Positions 1-8,789 of a stretch of DNA of 46,702 nt are shown piece by piece. The notes beneath the pieces were generated by a model. The model was not told the origin of the DNA. It was given only the letters and a program-made list of their open reading frames with translations, and searched no databases. Position numbers and translations under genes: made by a program. Every line of letters starts with the position of its first letter. Within the stretch, counting starts at the first letter, position 1. Location: NCBI GenBank assembly GCA_011174815.1, contig DUFF01000083.1:1-46702 (forward strand), read 5' to 3'. The stretch comes from Dehalococcoidia bacterium (GTDB lineage Bacteria; Chloroflexota; Dehalococcoidia; Dehalococcoidales; RBG-16-60-22).

Positions 1-932
1 GCCAGTATGTCCTCCACGGTCTGGCACTGCTCGGCGGCATCCGGCGATGACAGGTCAACCACATGCAGCAGCAAAGCCGCTTCATCAAGTTCTTCCAGCG
101 TGGCCCGGAATGCGGTGACGATGGCCGGCGGCAGCTTGTGGATAAAGCCGACGGTATCCGTTACCAGTATTGTTTGCCCGTCCGGCAGCAGCAGGCGCCT
201 GGTGGTCGGGTCCAGCGTGGCAAATAGTTTATCCTCGGTGAAAACGCCGGCCTGGCAGAGGGCGTTGAGCAAGGTGCTCTTTCCCGAGTTGGTATAGCCT
301 ACCAGGGACGCCACCGGTATACCGCTCTTCAACCTTTTCTGGCGGTAAAGAGCGCGGTGCCTCCTTACCTCTTCAATTTTTTCTTTCAGACGATGGATTT
401 TGCGCCTTATGAGCCGCCTATCGGTTTCCAGCTGCGATTCTCCAGGTCCTCGCGTGCCGATGCCGCCCCCAAGCCTTTCCAGATGGCTCCATTGCCCAGC
501 CAGTCGAGGCAGCAAATACTGGTGTTGCGCCAGTTCCACCTGCAGCTGTCCCTCACGGGTATGGGCACGCCGGGCAAATATGTCCAGGATCAGCGCCACA
601 CGGTCGATAACTTTAACCTGCAGTGCTTCTTCCAGGTTGCGCTGCTGCAGCGGGGTCAGCTCATCGTCAAGGATAACGACATCGTAACCGGTCTGGTTCT
701 TTTGTGCGATTAACTCTTCCAGCTTTCCCTTGCCAACATAATGCGTCTTTGAGGGCGATGGCAGTTTCTGGATAATCTGGCCGACCACACTTGCCCCGGC
801 AGTACCGGACAGCAGTGCCAGTTCCTTGATTGATGCTCTGGCCGACCACCTGCCCGTGGTGCCTTTTGACTCCACCGCCACCAGAAAAGCCCGTTCCGGC
901 GCGTTCTTGGTAAGAACTGTACCCCTCGTGAT
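1..932 (-). CDS. hflX: GTPase HflX (3' end runs off the window; start codon uncertain)
   Basis: Manual translation of the minus strand gives ERAFLV..., G1 GYTNSGKS, DKLFATLDPTTRR and DTVGFI. It is absent from the ORF track because it is truncated by the window edge. Confidence 0.93.
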   Translation of the reverse strand, partial: MTRGTVLTKNAPERAFLVAVESKGTTGRWSARASIKELALLSGTAGASVVGQIIQKLPSPSKTHYVGKGKLEELIAQKNQTGYDVVILDDELTPLQQRNLEEALQVKVIDRVALILDIFARRAHTREGQLQVELAQHQYLLPRLAGQWSHLERLGGGIGTRGPGESQLETDRRLIRRKIHRLKEKIEEVRRHRALYRQKRLKSGIPVASLVGYTNSGKSTLLNALCQAGVFTEDKLFATLDPTTRRLLLPDGQTILVTDTVGFIHKLPPAIVTAFRATLEELDEAALLLHVVDLSSPDAAEQCQTVEDIL

Positions 933-964
933 AACTCCTTTATGTCAATTTACTCTCTAGCCAT

Positions 965-2134
965 TCACCGGCGAGTACTGCGCCAGTTCGCCAACCGGGA
1001 CAGCCCTTTTACCAGTGCTGCATCCGGTATGGTCAGGGATAATCTCACATATCCCTCGCCACTCTTGCCATACCCTACACCGGGAGTGACCGCCACTCCT
1101 ACCTGGTCCAGCAGGTCAGCGGTAAAGTCCATAGAGTTATAGCCTTCCGGTACTTTCGCCCAGATATAGAGGCTGGCCTTCGGTGGTTCCGCCTTCAGCC
1201 CGATATCGTTCAGCACTTCAATAATCAGGTTGCGACGCCTTTCATAAATGGCGTTATGCTCATGAATGCAGTCCTGAGGCCCATTCAGTGCCTCGATGGC
1301 GGCGTACTGAATCGCCTGAGGTATTCCAGAGTCCAGGTTCGATTTCAGCCTCATCAGTGCGTTTATCATGGTGGCATTGCCCACGGCCATCCCGATGCGC
1401 CAGCCGGTCATATTGTAGCTCTTAGAAAGCGAATGGAATTCCACCCCAATATCCATGGCCCCGTCCGCCTGCATGAAGCTCACCGGCTGATACCCATCAT
1501 AAGCGACCTCGGTATAAGGGCCATCATGGCAGACCACCAGGTCATGCTGTTTGGCAAAGTGAACGGCCCGGTTGAAGAACTCAAGGTCAGCCACGGCGGC
1601 GGTAGGGTTATTGGGGTAGTTTATCCACAGCAGCCGGGCTTTTTCCAGAACATCCTTCGGGATGGCATCAAGGTCAGGCAGCCAGTTGTTCTCCTCCCGG
1701 AGCGGCAGGTAATACGGCTCACCGTCAGCCAGCAGAGCACTCACCGAGTATACCGGATATCCCGGGTCAGGCACCAGGGCGATGTCTCCGCTACCGATGA
1801 AGCAGAAAGCAATATGGCCGATCCCTTCCTTGGACCCTATCAGCGGAAGTACTTCTTTATTCGGGTCAAAGGAGAGGCCAAAGCGCCGTTCATACCATTG
1901 TGCCACGGCACGGCGCAGCTGCGGCAGGCTATCCGACTCCGGGTAGCGATGGTTTGCCGGGTCGCGGGCCGCCTCACAAAGGCGATCGATGACGTGTTTT
2001 GGCGTGGGAATATCAGGATCACCAATGGCGAAACTGATAACCTCTTCGCCTCTGGCCTTCTTTTCGGCGATCTTACGACTGATTTCAACAAACAGATATG
2101 GCGGTAGTTTTTCCACACGTTTGGCTAACCTCAT
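965..2134 (-). CDS. dapL: LL-diaminopimelate aminotransferase (class I/II PLP enzyme)
   Basis: LPPYLF N-terminus, NYPNNPT, SLSKSYNMTGWRIG PLP-lysine motif; adjacent to dapF. Confidence 0.9.
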   Translation of the reverse strand: MRLAKRVEKLPPYLFVEISRKIAEKKARGEEVISFAIGDPDIPTPKHVIDRLCEAARDPANHRYPESDSLPQLRRAVAQWYERRFGLSFDPNKEVLPLIGSKEGIGHIAFCFIGSGDIALVPDPGYPVYSVSALLADGEPYYLPLREENNWLPDLDAIPKDVLEKARLLWINYPNNPTAAVADLEFFNRAVHFAKQHDLVVCHDGPYTEVAYDGYQPVSFMQADGAMDIGVEFHSLSKSYNMTGWRIGMAVGNATMINALMRLKSNLDSGIPQAIQYAAIEALNGPQDCIHEHNAIYERRRNLIIEVLNDIGLKAEPPKASLYIWAKVPEGYNSMDFTADLLDQVGVAVTPGVGYGKSGEGYVRLSLTIPDAALVKGLSRLANWRSTRR

Positions 2135-2144
2135 TGTTTACTCC

Positions 2145-3005
2145 TTAATCTGGCCATTCGCCCTGAAATACTGTTTCCGCCGGACCGGCCATCAACACTT
2201 CACCGGCACCGTCCCACTCCATCTTCAATGTACCGCCCAGCAGTTTTATATTAACCTTATCGCCGGCGTAACCCAGGAGCCGTGCCGCTACGGCCACCGC
2301 CGAGGCGCCGCTCCCGCAGGCCAGCGTTTCCCCGGTGCCTCGCTCCCAGGTACGGACCTCGATTTCCTTTTTATTTAGCACACGGGCGACCTCAAAATTG
2401 GTGCGCCGCGGGAAAATGTCCAGACGCTCCACCTTGGGCCCGATAACAGTTAAGGGGAAGTCGGCCACCGGGCTGTCCTGAAAACAGACTGCGTGTGGAT
2501 TTCCCATTGAGACAAGGTTGAGAAGTAGTTCCGTACCATCGACATTAACGGGATAGCTCATCATATTTTTTATGTAAACTATCTTCTCCCTGCCCTGCTC
2601 AATCCCAACCGGTATTTCTTCGGCTCTGAAGGCAGGTTCACCCATGCCAGCCTGAATACTTACCAGCTTACCAGCTTCCTTATAAAGCTTGAGCTGTCTC
2701 ACGCCCACTATCGTTTCTACAGATATCTGACCTGTGCTGGCATCTATCATGCCATTATCATACACGTAACGGGCTAGGCACCTGATGCCGTTGCCGCACG
2801 CTTCTGCCTCGGAACCGTCCGGGTCGAACATGCGCATGCGGAAATCCGCCTTACTCGAAGGCAGCATCAGCAGCAAACCGTCGCTGCCGACGCCAAAGTG
2901 GCGGTCGCACATAGTCAATGCCAGCTTCGACCAATCGCGTCGTTCATCGCTGGTTTCCACCAGGACGAAATCGTTTCCCGTGCCCTGTAGCTTGGTGAAC
3001 TTCAT
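2145..3005 (-). CDS. dapF: Diaminopimelate epimerase
   Basis: FTKLQGTGNDF, EACGNGIRC, SMGNPH and ERGTGETLACGSG motifs. Confidence 0.96.
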   Translation of the reverse strand: MKFTKLQGTGNDFVLVETSDERRDWSKLALTMCDRHFGVGSDGLLLMLPSSKADFRMRMFDPDGSEAEACGNGIRCLARYVYDNGMIDASTGQISVETIVGVRQLKLYKEAGKLVSIQAGMGEPAFRAEEIPVGIEQGREKIVYIKNMMSYPVNVDGTELLLNLVSMGNPHAVCFQDSPVADFPLTVIGPKVERLDIFPRRTNFEVARVLNKKEIEVRTWERGTGETLACGSGASAVAVAARLLGYAGDKVNIKLLGGTLKMEWDGAGEVLMAGPAETVFQGEWPD

Positions 3006-3011
3006 CTGTCT

Positions 3012-3965
3012 TCACTCACTAACAGAAACCACTTCTTTATTATTACGCCTGCCTTCCATAAACCTGGACACAAGCGCTTCTACTTCCGCCTCCTGAGCTT
3101 GAGCCATATCGAACCAGTGAATTCGCGCCTCATCCAGGCGAAACCAAGCGTACTGATGACGGATGAGACGATGCGTCTCATATTTTATCTGCTGTATCGC
3201 GTCATTTAGATTTATTTCGCCTCTGAGAAACATGGCTATTTGCTTGTAGCCAATACTGGACATGGCTGGCAAGTTAAAATCATACCCTAAATCGACCAAT
3301 TTTTCCACCTCAGCGACCAAGCCCTGCTCTATCATCTCATTCACCCTTTTGTCCACTCGCCGGTACAGTTCTTTCCGCTCGGCAGTAAGCCCAATTAGCA
3401 ACGTACGGTAAGACAAAGCCTTTCTGTACTGAAGTCGAGAGGGCGTCCTGCTTGTCTGGCCGTGCACCTCCAAAGCCCTTATTACCCGCCGTACGTTGCG
3501 GGGGTCAATTTTCTGCGCCGCTGCCGGGTCAATCTTCATTAATTCCTGATAGAGAGCTTCATATCCAGCATCGGCGACCTGTTTCTCCAGGCGGTGCCTC
3601 AGCTCAGGGTCCGGCTTCGCCTGCGGCAACTGCCAGCCTTCCAGCACCGCCCGCACATAGAGGCCACTGCCGCCGACCAGAAGCGGCAGTTTACCTCGCT
3701 GCTGGATATCTCCGATGGCACTGAAGGCCAGCTTTTGATATTGCGCCAGGCTGAAATCCTCATCTGGCTCAACAATGTCGATTAGGTGGTGCCGGACCTG
3801 CGCCCTGTCTTGCGGGCTTGGTTTGGCGGTGCCAATGTCCATATGCCGGTAAACTTGGCGGCTGTCGGCGCTGACGATTTCGCCGTCGAATTTCCGGGCC
3901 AGATGGAGAGCTATTCGACTTTTGCCGATGCCGGTCGGACCAACAATTGCAACCAGAGATTTCAT
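3012..3965 (-). CDS. miaA: tRNA dimethylallyltransferase
   Basis: GPTGIGKS, SADSRQVYRHMDIGTAKP, VGGSGLY. Confidence 0.97.
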   Translation of the reverse strand: MKSLVAIVGPTGIGKSRIALHLARKFDGEIVSADSRQVYRHMDIGTAKPSPQDRAQVRHHLIDIVEPDEDFSLAQYQKLAFSAIGDIQQRGKLPLLVGGSGLYVRAVLEGWQLPQAKPDPELRHRLEKQVADAGYEALYQELMKIDPAAAQKIDPRNVRRVIRALEVHGQTSRTPSRLQYRKALSYRTLLIGLTAERKELYRRVDKRVNEMIEQGLVAEVEKLVDLGYDFNLPAMSSIGYKQIAMFLRGEINLNDAIQQIKYETHRLIRHQYAWFRLDEARIHWFDMAQAQEAEVEALVSRFMEGRRNNKEVVSVSE

Positions 3966-4726
3966 TTCCTGTGTTTAATCAGAGATGTCTGATTGACAAT
4001 GCTTATAAATTCATTGGCTTTGAGGCTTGCCCCGCCGACCAGCGCGCCATCGATTTCAGGCTGCTGCATGAACTCGGCGGCGTTGGCCGAGTTCACACTG
4101 CCACCGTAAAGAATTCGTATCTCCTGGGCAGCCTTTTCCCCATATGCTTCAGCGATACTCTGGCGGATAAAAGAGATGGTGCCATTTGCCTGCTCACCAG
4201 TAGCTGGTTTGCCGGTGCCTATGGCCCAGACCGGCTCATAGGCAACCGTCAGACCATTGAGGTCTACCACTGCTGCCAGAGATAAGCTTAATTGTTCTGC
4301 CAACACCTCTTCAGTACTGCCAGCCTCATTCTCCTCCAGGCTCTCGCCGATGCACAGAATAGGCTTGAGACCCGCCTGCAATGCCGCCGTCACCTTTTTA
4401 TTCACAATATCTCCGGTCTCGTTAAAATACTGTCTCCGCTCCGAGTGCCCGATGATGACGTACTCGCAGAGGTCGGCCACCATCAAAGAGGAAATCTCGC
4501 CGGTATAGGCGCCCTTTTCGGCAAAGAACAGGTTCTGCGCCCCCAGCTTGATGGTGCTGCCGGCAAGCAACTCCTTCACCGGTGCCAGCGAAACAAACGG
4601 CGGGCAGATGGCTGTCTCCACATCGGTGACCTTCTCAAGCTCGTCTTTCATCGCCCGAACCAGGTCTAGAGCTTCCGCTACCGTGGTATTCATCTTCCAG
4701 TTGCCCGCAATCAATGGCACGCGCAT
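3962..4726 (-). CDS. tpiA: Triosephosphate isomerase
   Basis: AGNWKMN, GHSERR, AYEPVWAIGTG, YGGSV, LVGGASL. Confidence 0.98.
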   Translation of the reverse strand: MRVPLIAGNWKMNTTVAEALDLVRAMKDELEKVTDVETAICPPFVSLAPVKELLAGSTIKLGAQNLFFAEKGAYTGEISSLMVADLCEYVIIGHSERRQYFNETGDIVNKKVTAALQAGLKPILCIGESLEENEAGSTEEVLAEQLSLSLAAVVDLNGLTVAYEPVWAIGTGKPATGEQANGTISFIRQSIAEAYGEKAAQEIRILYGGSVNSANAAEFMQQPEIDGALVGGASLKANEFISIVNQTSLIKHRK

Positions 4727-4739
4727 CTTTCTCTCCTAG

Positions 4740-5930
4740 CTATTTTTTGCCCGGCAGTGCCTCCACACCCGGCAGTTTTTCTCCGCTCAGGAACTCCAGA
4801 GAAGCTCCACCTCCTGTAGAAACGAAGGTCATTTTCTCCGCCAGGCCCATATCGCCGACCGCCTCAGCGGTAGAGCCCCCGCCGATAACCGTCATCGCTT
4901 CCAGTCCGGCCAGCAGCTTTGCCAGTTCCTCCGTTCCTCCAGCAAACCCGGGAATTTCGAATATACCCACGGGGCCGTTCCAGAAAATCGTTTTGCATTT
5001 CTGCAATTCCCGGCTGAAGTTATTTATTGTCTGCGGCCCCATGTCCACAATCCTCTTTTCCCCGGGTATCTCTGTCACCGGGACGATTTCCGTTTTCGCC
5101 TCGTCGCTGACCTCATCGGCGACCATGACATCCACCGGCAGCATTAAATCGACTTTCTCTCTCCCTGCCAGTTCCATCAGACGGCTTGCCGCCTCCAGCA
5201 TGTCCACCTCCACCAAAGACTGGCCCACTTCATATGACTTGGCCTTTAAGAAAGTGGCCGCCATACCGCCGCCGACCATGACGTAGTCCACTTTGTCCAT
5301 TATGTTTTCCAGCATGCCCACCTTATCACTTATCTTGGCGCCGCCCAGCAGAGCCGCAAATGGCCGCGCCGGGTTCTCCAGTATTTTACCCAGAGTTGCC
5401 ACTTCTTTTTCCATGAGGAAGCCGGCCGCAGCCGGCAGATACTCCGTGATAGCCGATACCGAGGCATGCGCCCGGTGTGCCGCACCAAAAGCGTCATTGA
5501 CATAGACATCGCCCAGTCGGGCCAGCGCCCGGGCAAAGAAGACATCTCCCGCTTCCTCTTCAGCATGGAAGCGAAGGTTCTCCAGCATGAGCACATCTCC
5601 GGGTTTCATTGCCGCCACCATATTTCCCACATCGGGCCCAACACAGTCCGGGGCCATAGCGACCGGCTGCCCCAGGATTTGAGCAAGACGTTTGGCAGCC
5701 ACGCCTAACCTCATACTTTCAACCACTTTCCCTTTGGGGCGACCCAGGTGGGACATCAATATAACCTTAGCCCCCTGGCCCCTCAGGTATTCAATTGTCG
5801 GCAGAGCGGCGCGAATACGATTGTCATCGGTTATCTCACCCGTCTTTTCATCTAAAGGCACGTTAAAGTCAACGCGGACCAGCACACGCTTGGCCTTTAC
5901 CTCTATGTCCTGCACCGTCATTTTATTCAT
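4740..5930 (-). CDS. pgk: Phosphoglycerate kinase
   Basis: RVDFNVP, SHLGRP, LENLRF, STGGGASLE. Confidence 0.98.
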   Translation of the reverse strand: MNKMTVQDIEVKAKRVLVRVDFNVPLDEKTGEITDDNRIRAALPTIEYLRGQGAKVILMSHLGRPKGKVVESMRLGVAAKRLAQILGQPVAMAPDCVGPDVGNMVAAMKPGDVLMLENLRFHAEEEAGDVFFARALARLGDVYVNDAFGAAHRAHASVSAITEYLPAAAGFLMEKEVATLGKILENPARPFAALLGGAKISDKVGMLENIMDKVDYVMVGGGMAATFLKAKSYEVGQSLVEVDMLEAASRLMELAGREKVDLMLPVDVMVADEVSDEAKTEIVPVTEIPGEKRIVDMGPQTINNFSRELQKCKTIFWNGPVGIFEIPGFAGGTEELAKLLAGLEAMTVIGGGSTAEAVGDMGLAEKMTFVSTGGGASLEFLSGEKLPGVEALPGKK

Positions 5931-6068
5931 CAGTTGCCTCTAAATACCGGAAGCCCGTCCTAATAACGTATCGACATCTGAAAGGAAAGTATCAACGTTG
6001 GTTCGAAAATCATACCCTTACGCTTCCGCCGCCACGTCTTAACAGCAAATCTAACTAGCTCGCTGGCT

Positions 6069-7961
6069 TTATTTCGCCTGCCTTGCAGAACGTCCGCTTG
6101 CCTTATGAACAGTGAACATGGACAAAACCTGCCGGGCTATTCCTTGGGCATCCAAGCCGTACTTGGCGCGGATTGCCGCCTGAGTCCCCTGCTCAACATA
6201 TTCATCCGGGATGCCAATGTTCTTTACCGGTATCTCACCAGCGCCTAAATCATGCAGCAATCTGGTCACACTACTGCCGAAGCCACCGCTCAAGGTATTT
6301 TCCTCAACGGTAACCAGGCGCGAGATACAGCTCGCCAGACTGGTGAGCAATTCAACATCAAGCGGCTTGATAAAGCGTGCGTTGACCACGGCTGCCTGAA
6401 TCCCGTTTGTCGCCAGCTCATGTGCGGCCTCGAGGGCCGGGGCTACAGTAACGCCGACCGCCAGGATGGCAACATCGTTTCCTTCACGCATTATTTCCCA
6501 GTTGCCAATCTGTATTTTATGTAAAATAGTGTCCAGCGGAACCCCTACACCAGACCCACGAGGATAGCGTATGGCTATGGCCTGGCCTGAGTTCACCGCG
6601 GTATAGAGCAGGTGCTGCAGTTCATTTTCATCCCTCGGCGCGGCAACGCTCAGATTGGGGATAAGCGTCAGGTAAGAGAGGTCAAACGTTCCCTGGTGCG
6701 TTTTGCCATCGTCTCCGACGATACCGCCGCGGTCTACGGCGAAGACGACAGGCAGGTTCTGGAGGCAGACATCATGTATTATCTGGTCAAAGGCGCGCTG
6801 CAGGAAAGTAGAGTAAATGGCGACGATGGGAATGAAACCCTGAGTAGCCAGCCCGGCGGCGAAAGTAACCGCGTGCTGTTCACAGATGCCGACATCATAG
6901 ACACGCTTCGGGAACTCGGCAGCGACGATGCTCAGGCAGTTACCCTCCGGCATAGCCGGCGTTATGGTCACTATCTTGGGGTCATCACGGGTCAGACGAA
7001 GCACCGTCTGGGCAAATACCTCACTGTATGTGGGTATGTTCTGATTGCTGACACGCTGCGCGGGAATGCCGTGGAAATAAACCGCGTTATCCTCAGCAAG
7101 ACGATAGCCTTTGCCCTTGGTAGTCAGAACATGAATGAACACCGGTTTCGAATGGTACTCTTTGGCTTGTTGCAACGCCCGTTCCAGCTCGACAGTATCA
7201 TGCCCGTCAATGGGGCCAATATAGGCAAAGCCCAGTTCCTCCCAGACCATGGTCGGCAAAAGCAGCCCTTTAAATCTTCCCCGGGCCTGCCGACCTACCT
7301 CCCACACCATTTCCCCCAGGGGTAGGGCTTTAATTATCCTGCGGCTCTCTTCCTTCGCCCAGCGGTAGCGGGGGTCAAAACGCAGCCGATTGAGCACTCT
7401 GGCCAAGCCACCCACCGTCGGGGAAATCGACATGCCGTTGTCATTGAGGATTACGATAAGCCTGGAGCCCAGATGGCCGGCGTGGTTCAGCGCCTCAAAA
7501 GCCATGCCGCCTGTTATCGCTCCGTCGCCAATGACCGCTACCACATTGTGGTCATCTCCATGAAGGTCACGGGCGATAGCCATTCCCAGCGCGGCTGAAA
7601 TCGATGTGCTGGCATGGCCGGTGCCAAATGGGTCGTGCGGGCTCTCTTCAGGATTGGTGAAACCGGAAAGGCCACCGTGCTGCCGTAATGAAGCAAAATG
7701 GTCTTTCCTTCCAGTAAGCAATTTATGGACGTAGCTCTGATGACCGACATCCCAGATAATCTTATCCTTTGGGCTGTCAAAGACACGATGCAGAGCTATG
7801 GTGAGCTCAACCACGCCCAGATTGGACGCAAGATGACCACCGGTAACGCTAATGGTGTCAACCAGCTTCTGCCTGAGCTCGCTGGCAAGCTGCTTGAGCT
7901 CGTGCTGGCTCAGCTTCTTTAAATCGGCAGGGTTATCAATTTGGTCAAGCAGTCGAGTCAT
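6069..7961 (-). CDS. dxs: 1-deoxy-D-xylulose-5-phosphate synthase
   Basis: GGHLASNLG, WDVGHQSY, GDGAITGGMAFEALN, DGKTHQG. Confidence 0.97.
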   Translation of the reverse strand: MTRLLDQIDNPADLKKLSQHELKQLASELRQKLVDTISVTGGHLASNLGVVELTIALHRVFDSPKDKIIWDVGHQSYVHKLLTGRKDHFASLRQHGGLSGFTNPEESPHDPFGTGHASTSISAALGMAIARDLHGDDHNVVAVIGDGAITGGMAFEALNHAGHLGSRLIVILNDNGMSISPTVGGLARVLNRLRFDPRYRWAKEESRRIIKALPLGEMVWEVGRQARGRFKGLLLPTMVWEELGFAYIGPIDGHDTVELERALQQAKEYHSKPVFIHVLTTKGKGYRLAEDNAVYFHGIPAQRVSNQNIPTYSEVFAQTVLRLTRDDPKIVTITPAMPEGNCLSIVAAEFPKRVYDVGICEQHAVTFAAGLATQGFIPIVAIYSTFLQRAFDQIIHDVCLQNLPVVFAVDRGGIVGDDGKTHQGTFDLSYLTLIPNLSVAAPRDENELQHLLYTAVNSGQAIAIRYPRGSGVGVPLDTILHKIQIGNWEIMREGNDVAILAVGVTVAPALEAAHELATNGIQAAVVNARFIKPLDVELLTSLASCISRLVTVEENTLSGGFGSSVTRLLHDLGAGEIPVKNIGIPDEYVEQGTQAAIRAKYGLDAQGIARQVLSMFTVHKASGRSARQAK

Positions 7962-7996
7962 CTTACGCCGCCCGCGCCAATAGCTTCAATTACCTC

Positions 7997-8026
7997 ATAC
8001 TAACAATGCCAGAAAGCTATTGTCAA
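7997..8026 (-). promoter_or_regulatory. Sigma70-type promoter for dxs
   Basis: TTGACA-18-TAGTAT with a TG extension, upstream of dxs. Confidence 0.55.
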
Positions 8027-8051
8027 GATAGGAGAAGCCAGCGCACAATCC

Positions 8052-8081
8052 TTGACCGGTTTTTGCCTTTCGTGCTACATT
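8052..8081 (+). promoter_or_regulatory. Sigma70-type promoter for tRNA-Arg
   Basis: TTGACC-18-TACATT with a TG extension, 16 bp before the tRNA. Confidence 0.55.
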
Positions 8082-8097
8082 TGATGGGTAATAGAAT

Positions 8098-8174
8098 GTC
8101 CCTGTAGCTCAGCTGGACAGAGCGGCTGCCTTCTAAGCAGCGGGTCGTGGGTTCGAATCCCTCCAGGGACGCCA
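8098..8174 (+). tRNA. tRNA-Arg (anticodon TCT)
   Basis: Acceptor stem GTCCCTG/CAGGGAC, anticodon arm GCTGC-CTTCTAA-GCAGC, T-loop GTTCGAATC, encoded CCA; 77 nt. Confidence 0.97.
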
Positions 8175-8370
8175 CAGCTCGTCCAGAGCAACTATCTTTC
8201 CCCAAAACTATCTTCCTCCAAAATGTATGCAATGTAGCACTGCGTTATAGCTTTCAAAGACTCCATCACAAGCTGTCAGCGCAAGGAGTTCAATGTGGCT
8301 ACCCTGCCCGAAGCTCCGGCCTCTTTCATATTACATGATCCAAGCGAACTATCATTGCTCATCTGTTTTT

Positions 8371-8408
8371 AGTACTAAAGTAATAGTTGGGCAGTACTAT
8401 TGTAATAG
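8371..8408. promoter_or_regulatory. Tandem 16-bp direct repeat, candidate regulator binding site
   Basis: AGTACTAAAGTAATAG (8371-8386) and AGTACTATTGTAATAG (8393-8408): 14/16 identical, 22-bp period, just upstream of a -35. Confidence 0.55.
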
Positions 8409-8428
8409 AAATAAGTAAGCACCTTTGA

Positions 8429-8457
8429 TTGATTGGCTAAAGAGCACGGGTTAGAAT
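8429..8457 (+). promoter_or_regulatory. Sigma70-type promoter of the signalling cassette
   Basis: TTGATT-17-TAGAAT upstream of the AGGAG RBS of ORF 8494. Confidence 0.55.
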
Positions 8458-8493
8458 TAAATACATTCAAATAGTATCAATAGGAGTCATAAT

Positions 8494-8736
8494 ATGGTGG
8501 TAATGATAAAGGGAAAAAAATACTACCGAACAGCAGAAGTATGTCAAAAGGCTGGAATAAGTAGAAGCACCTTTTTCCGATGGTTAAGGCAGGGGACTTT
8601 TCAGGACGTGGCCAATTTCGATCGTAGAGGATGGAGATTATTTAATGAATATGATTTAAAAAGGCTAAAAGCTGAAGCATCTCAAATAAAACCGGATAAA
8701 AAAGATGAAGTTCCCGAGATGGCCTTCAAGAAATAA
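8494..8736 (+). CDS. Small MerR-type helix-turn-helix DNA-binding protein
   Basis: YRTAEVCQKAGISRSTFFRW...DRRGWRLF winged-HTH pattern; AGGAG RBS. Confidence 0.8.
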   Translation: MVVMIKGKKYYRTAEVCQKAGISRSTFFRWLRQGTFQDVANFDRRGWRLFNEYDLKRLKAEASQIKPDKKDEVPEMAFKK

Positions 8737-8789
8737 GTCCAGATAATCCAAGCCACAGTGGGGCAGATTAATAAAAGACGGATCAGTAC

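Noticed and set aside
5993-6004. LexA-box-like CAAC-N4-GTTC upstream of pgk
   Set aside because: Mismatch in the core, and pgk is not an expected SOS gene.
1256-7922. Many long plus-strand ORFs opposite dapL through dxs (similar ones lie opposite the leu, ilv and tsa genes)
   Set aside because: Antisense shadows of well-supported genes, with no recognisable motifs.
8023-8338. Short ORFs overlapping the tRNA
   Set aside because: Spurious translations of the tRNA and its promoter.
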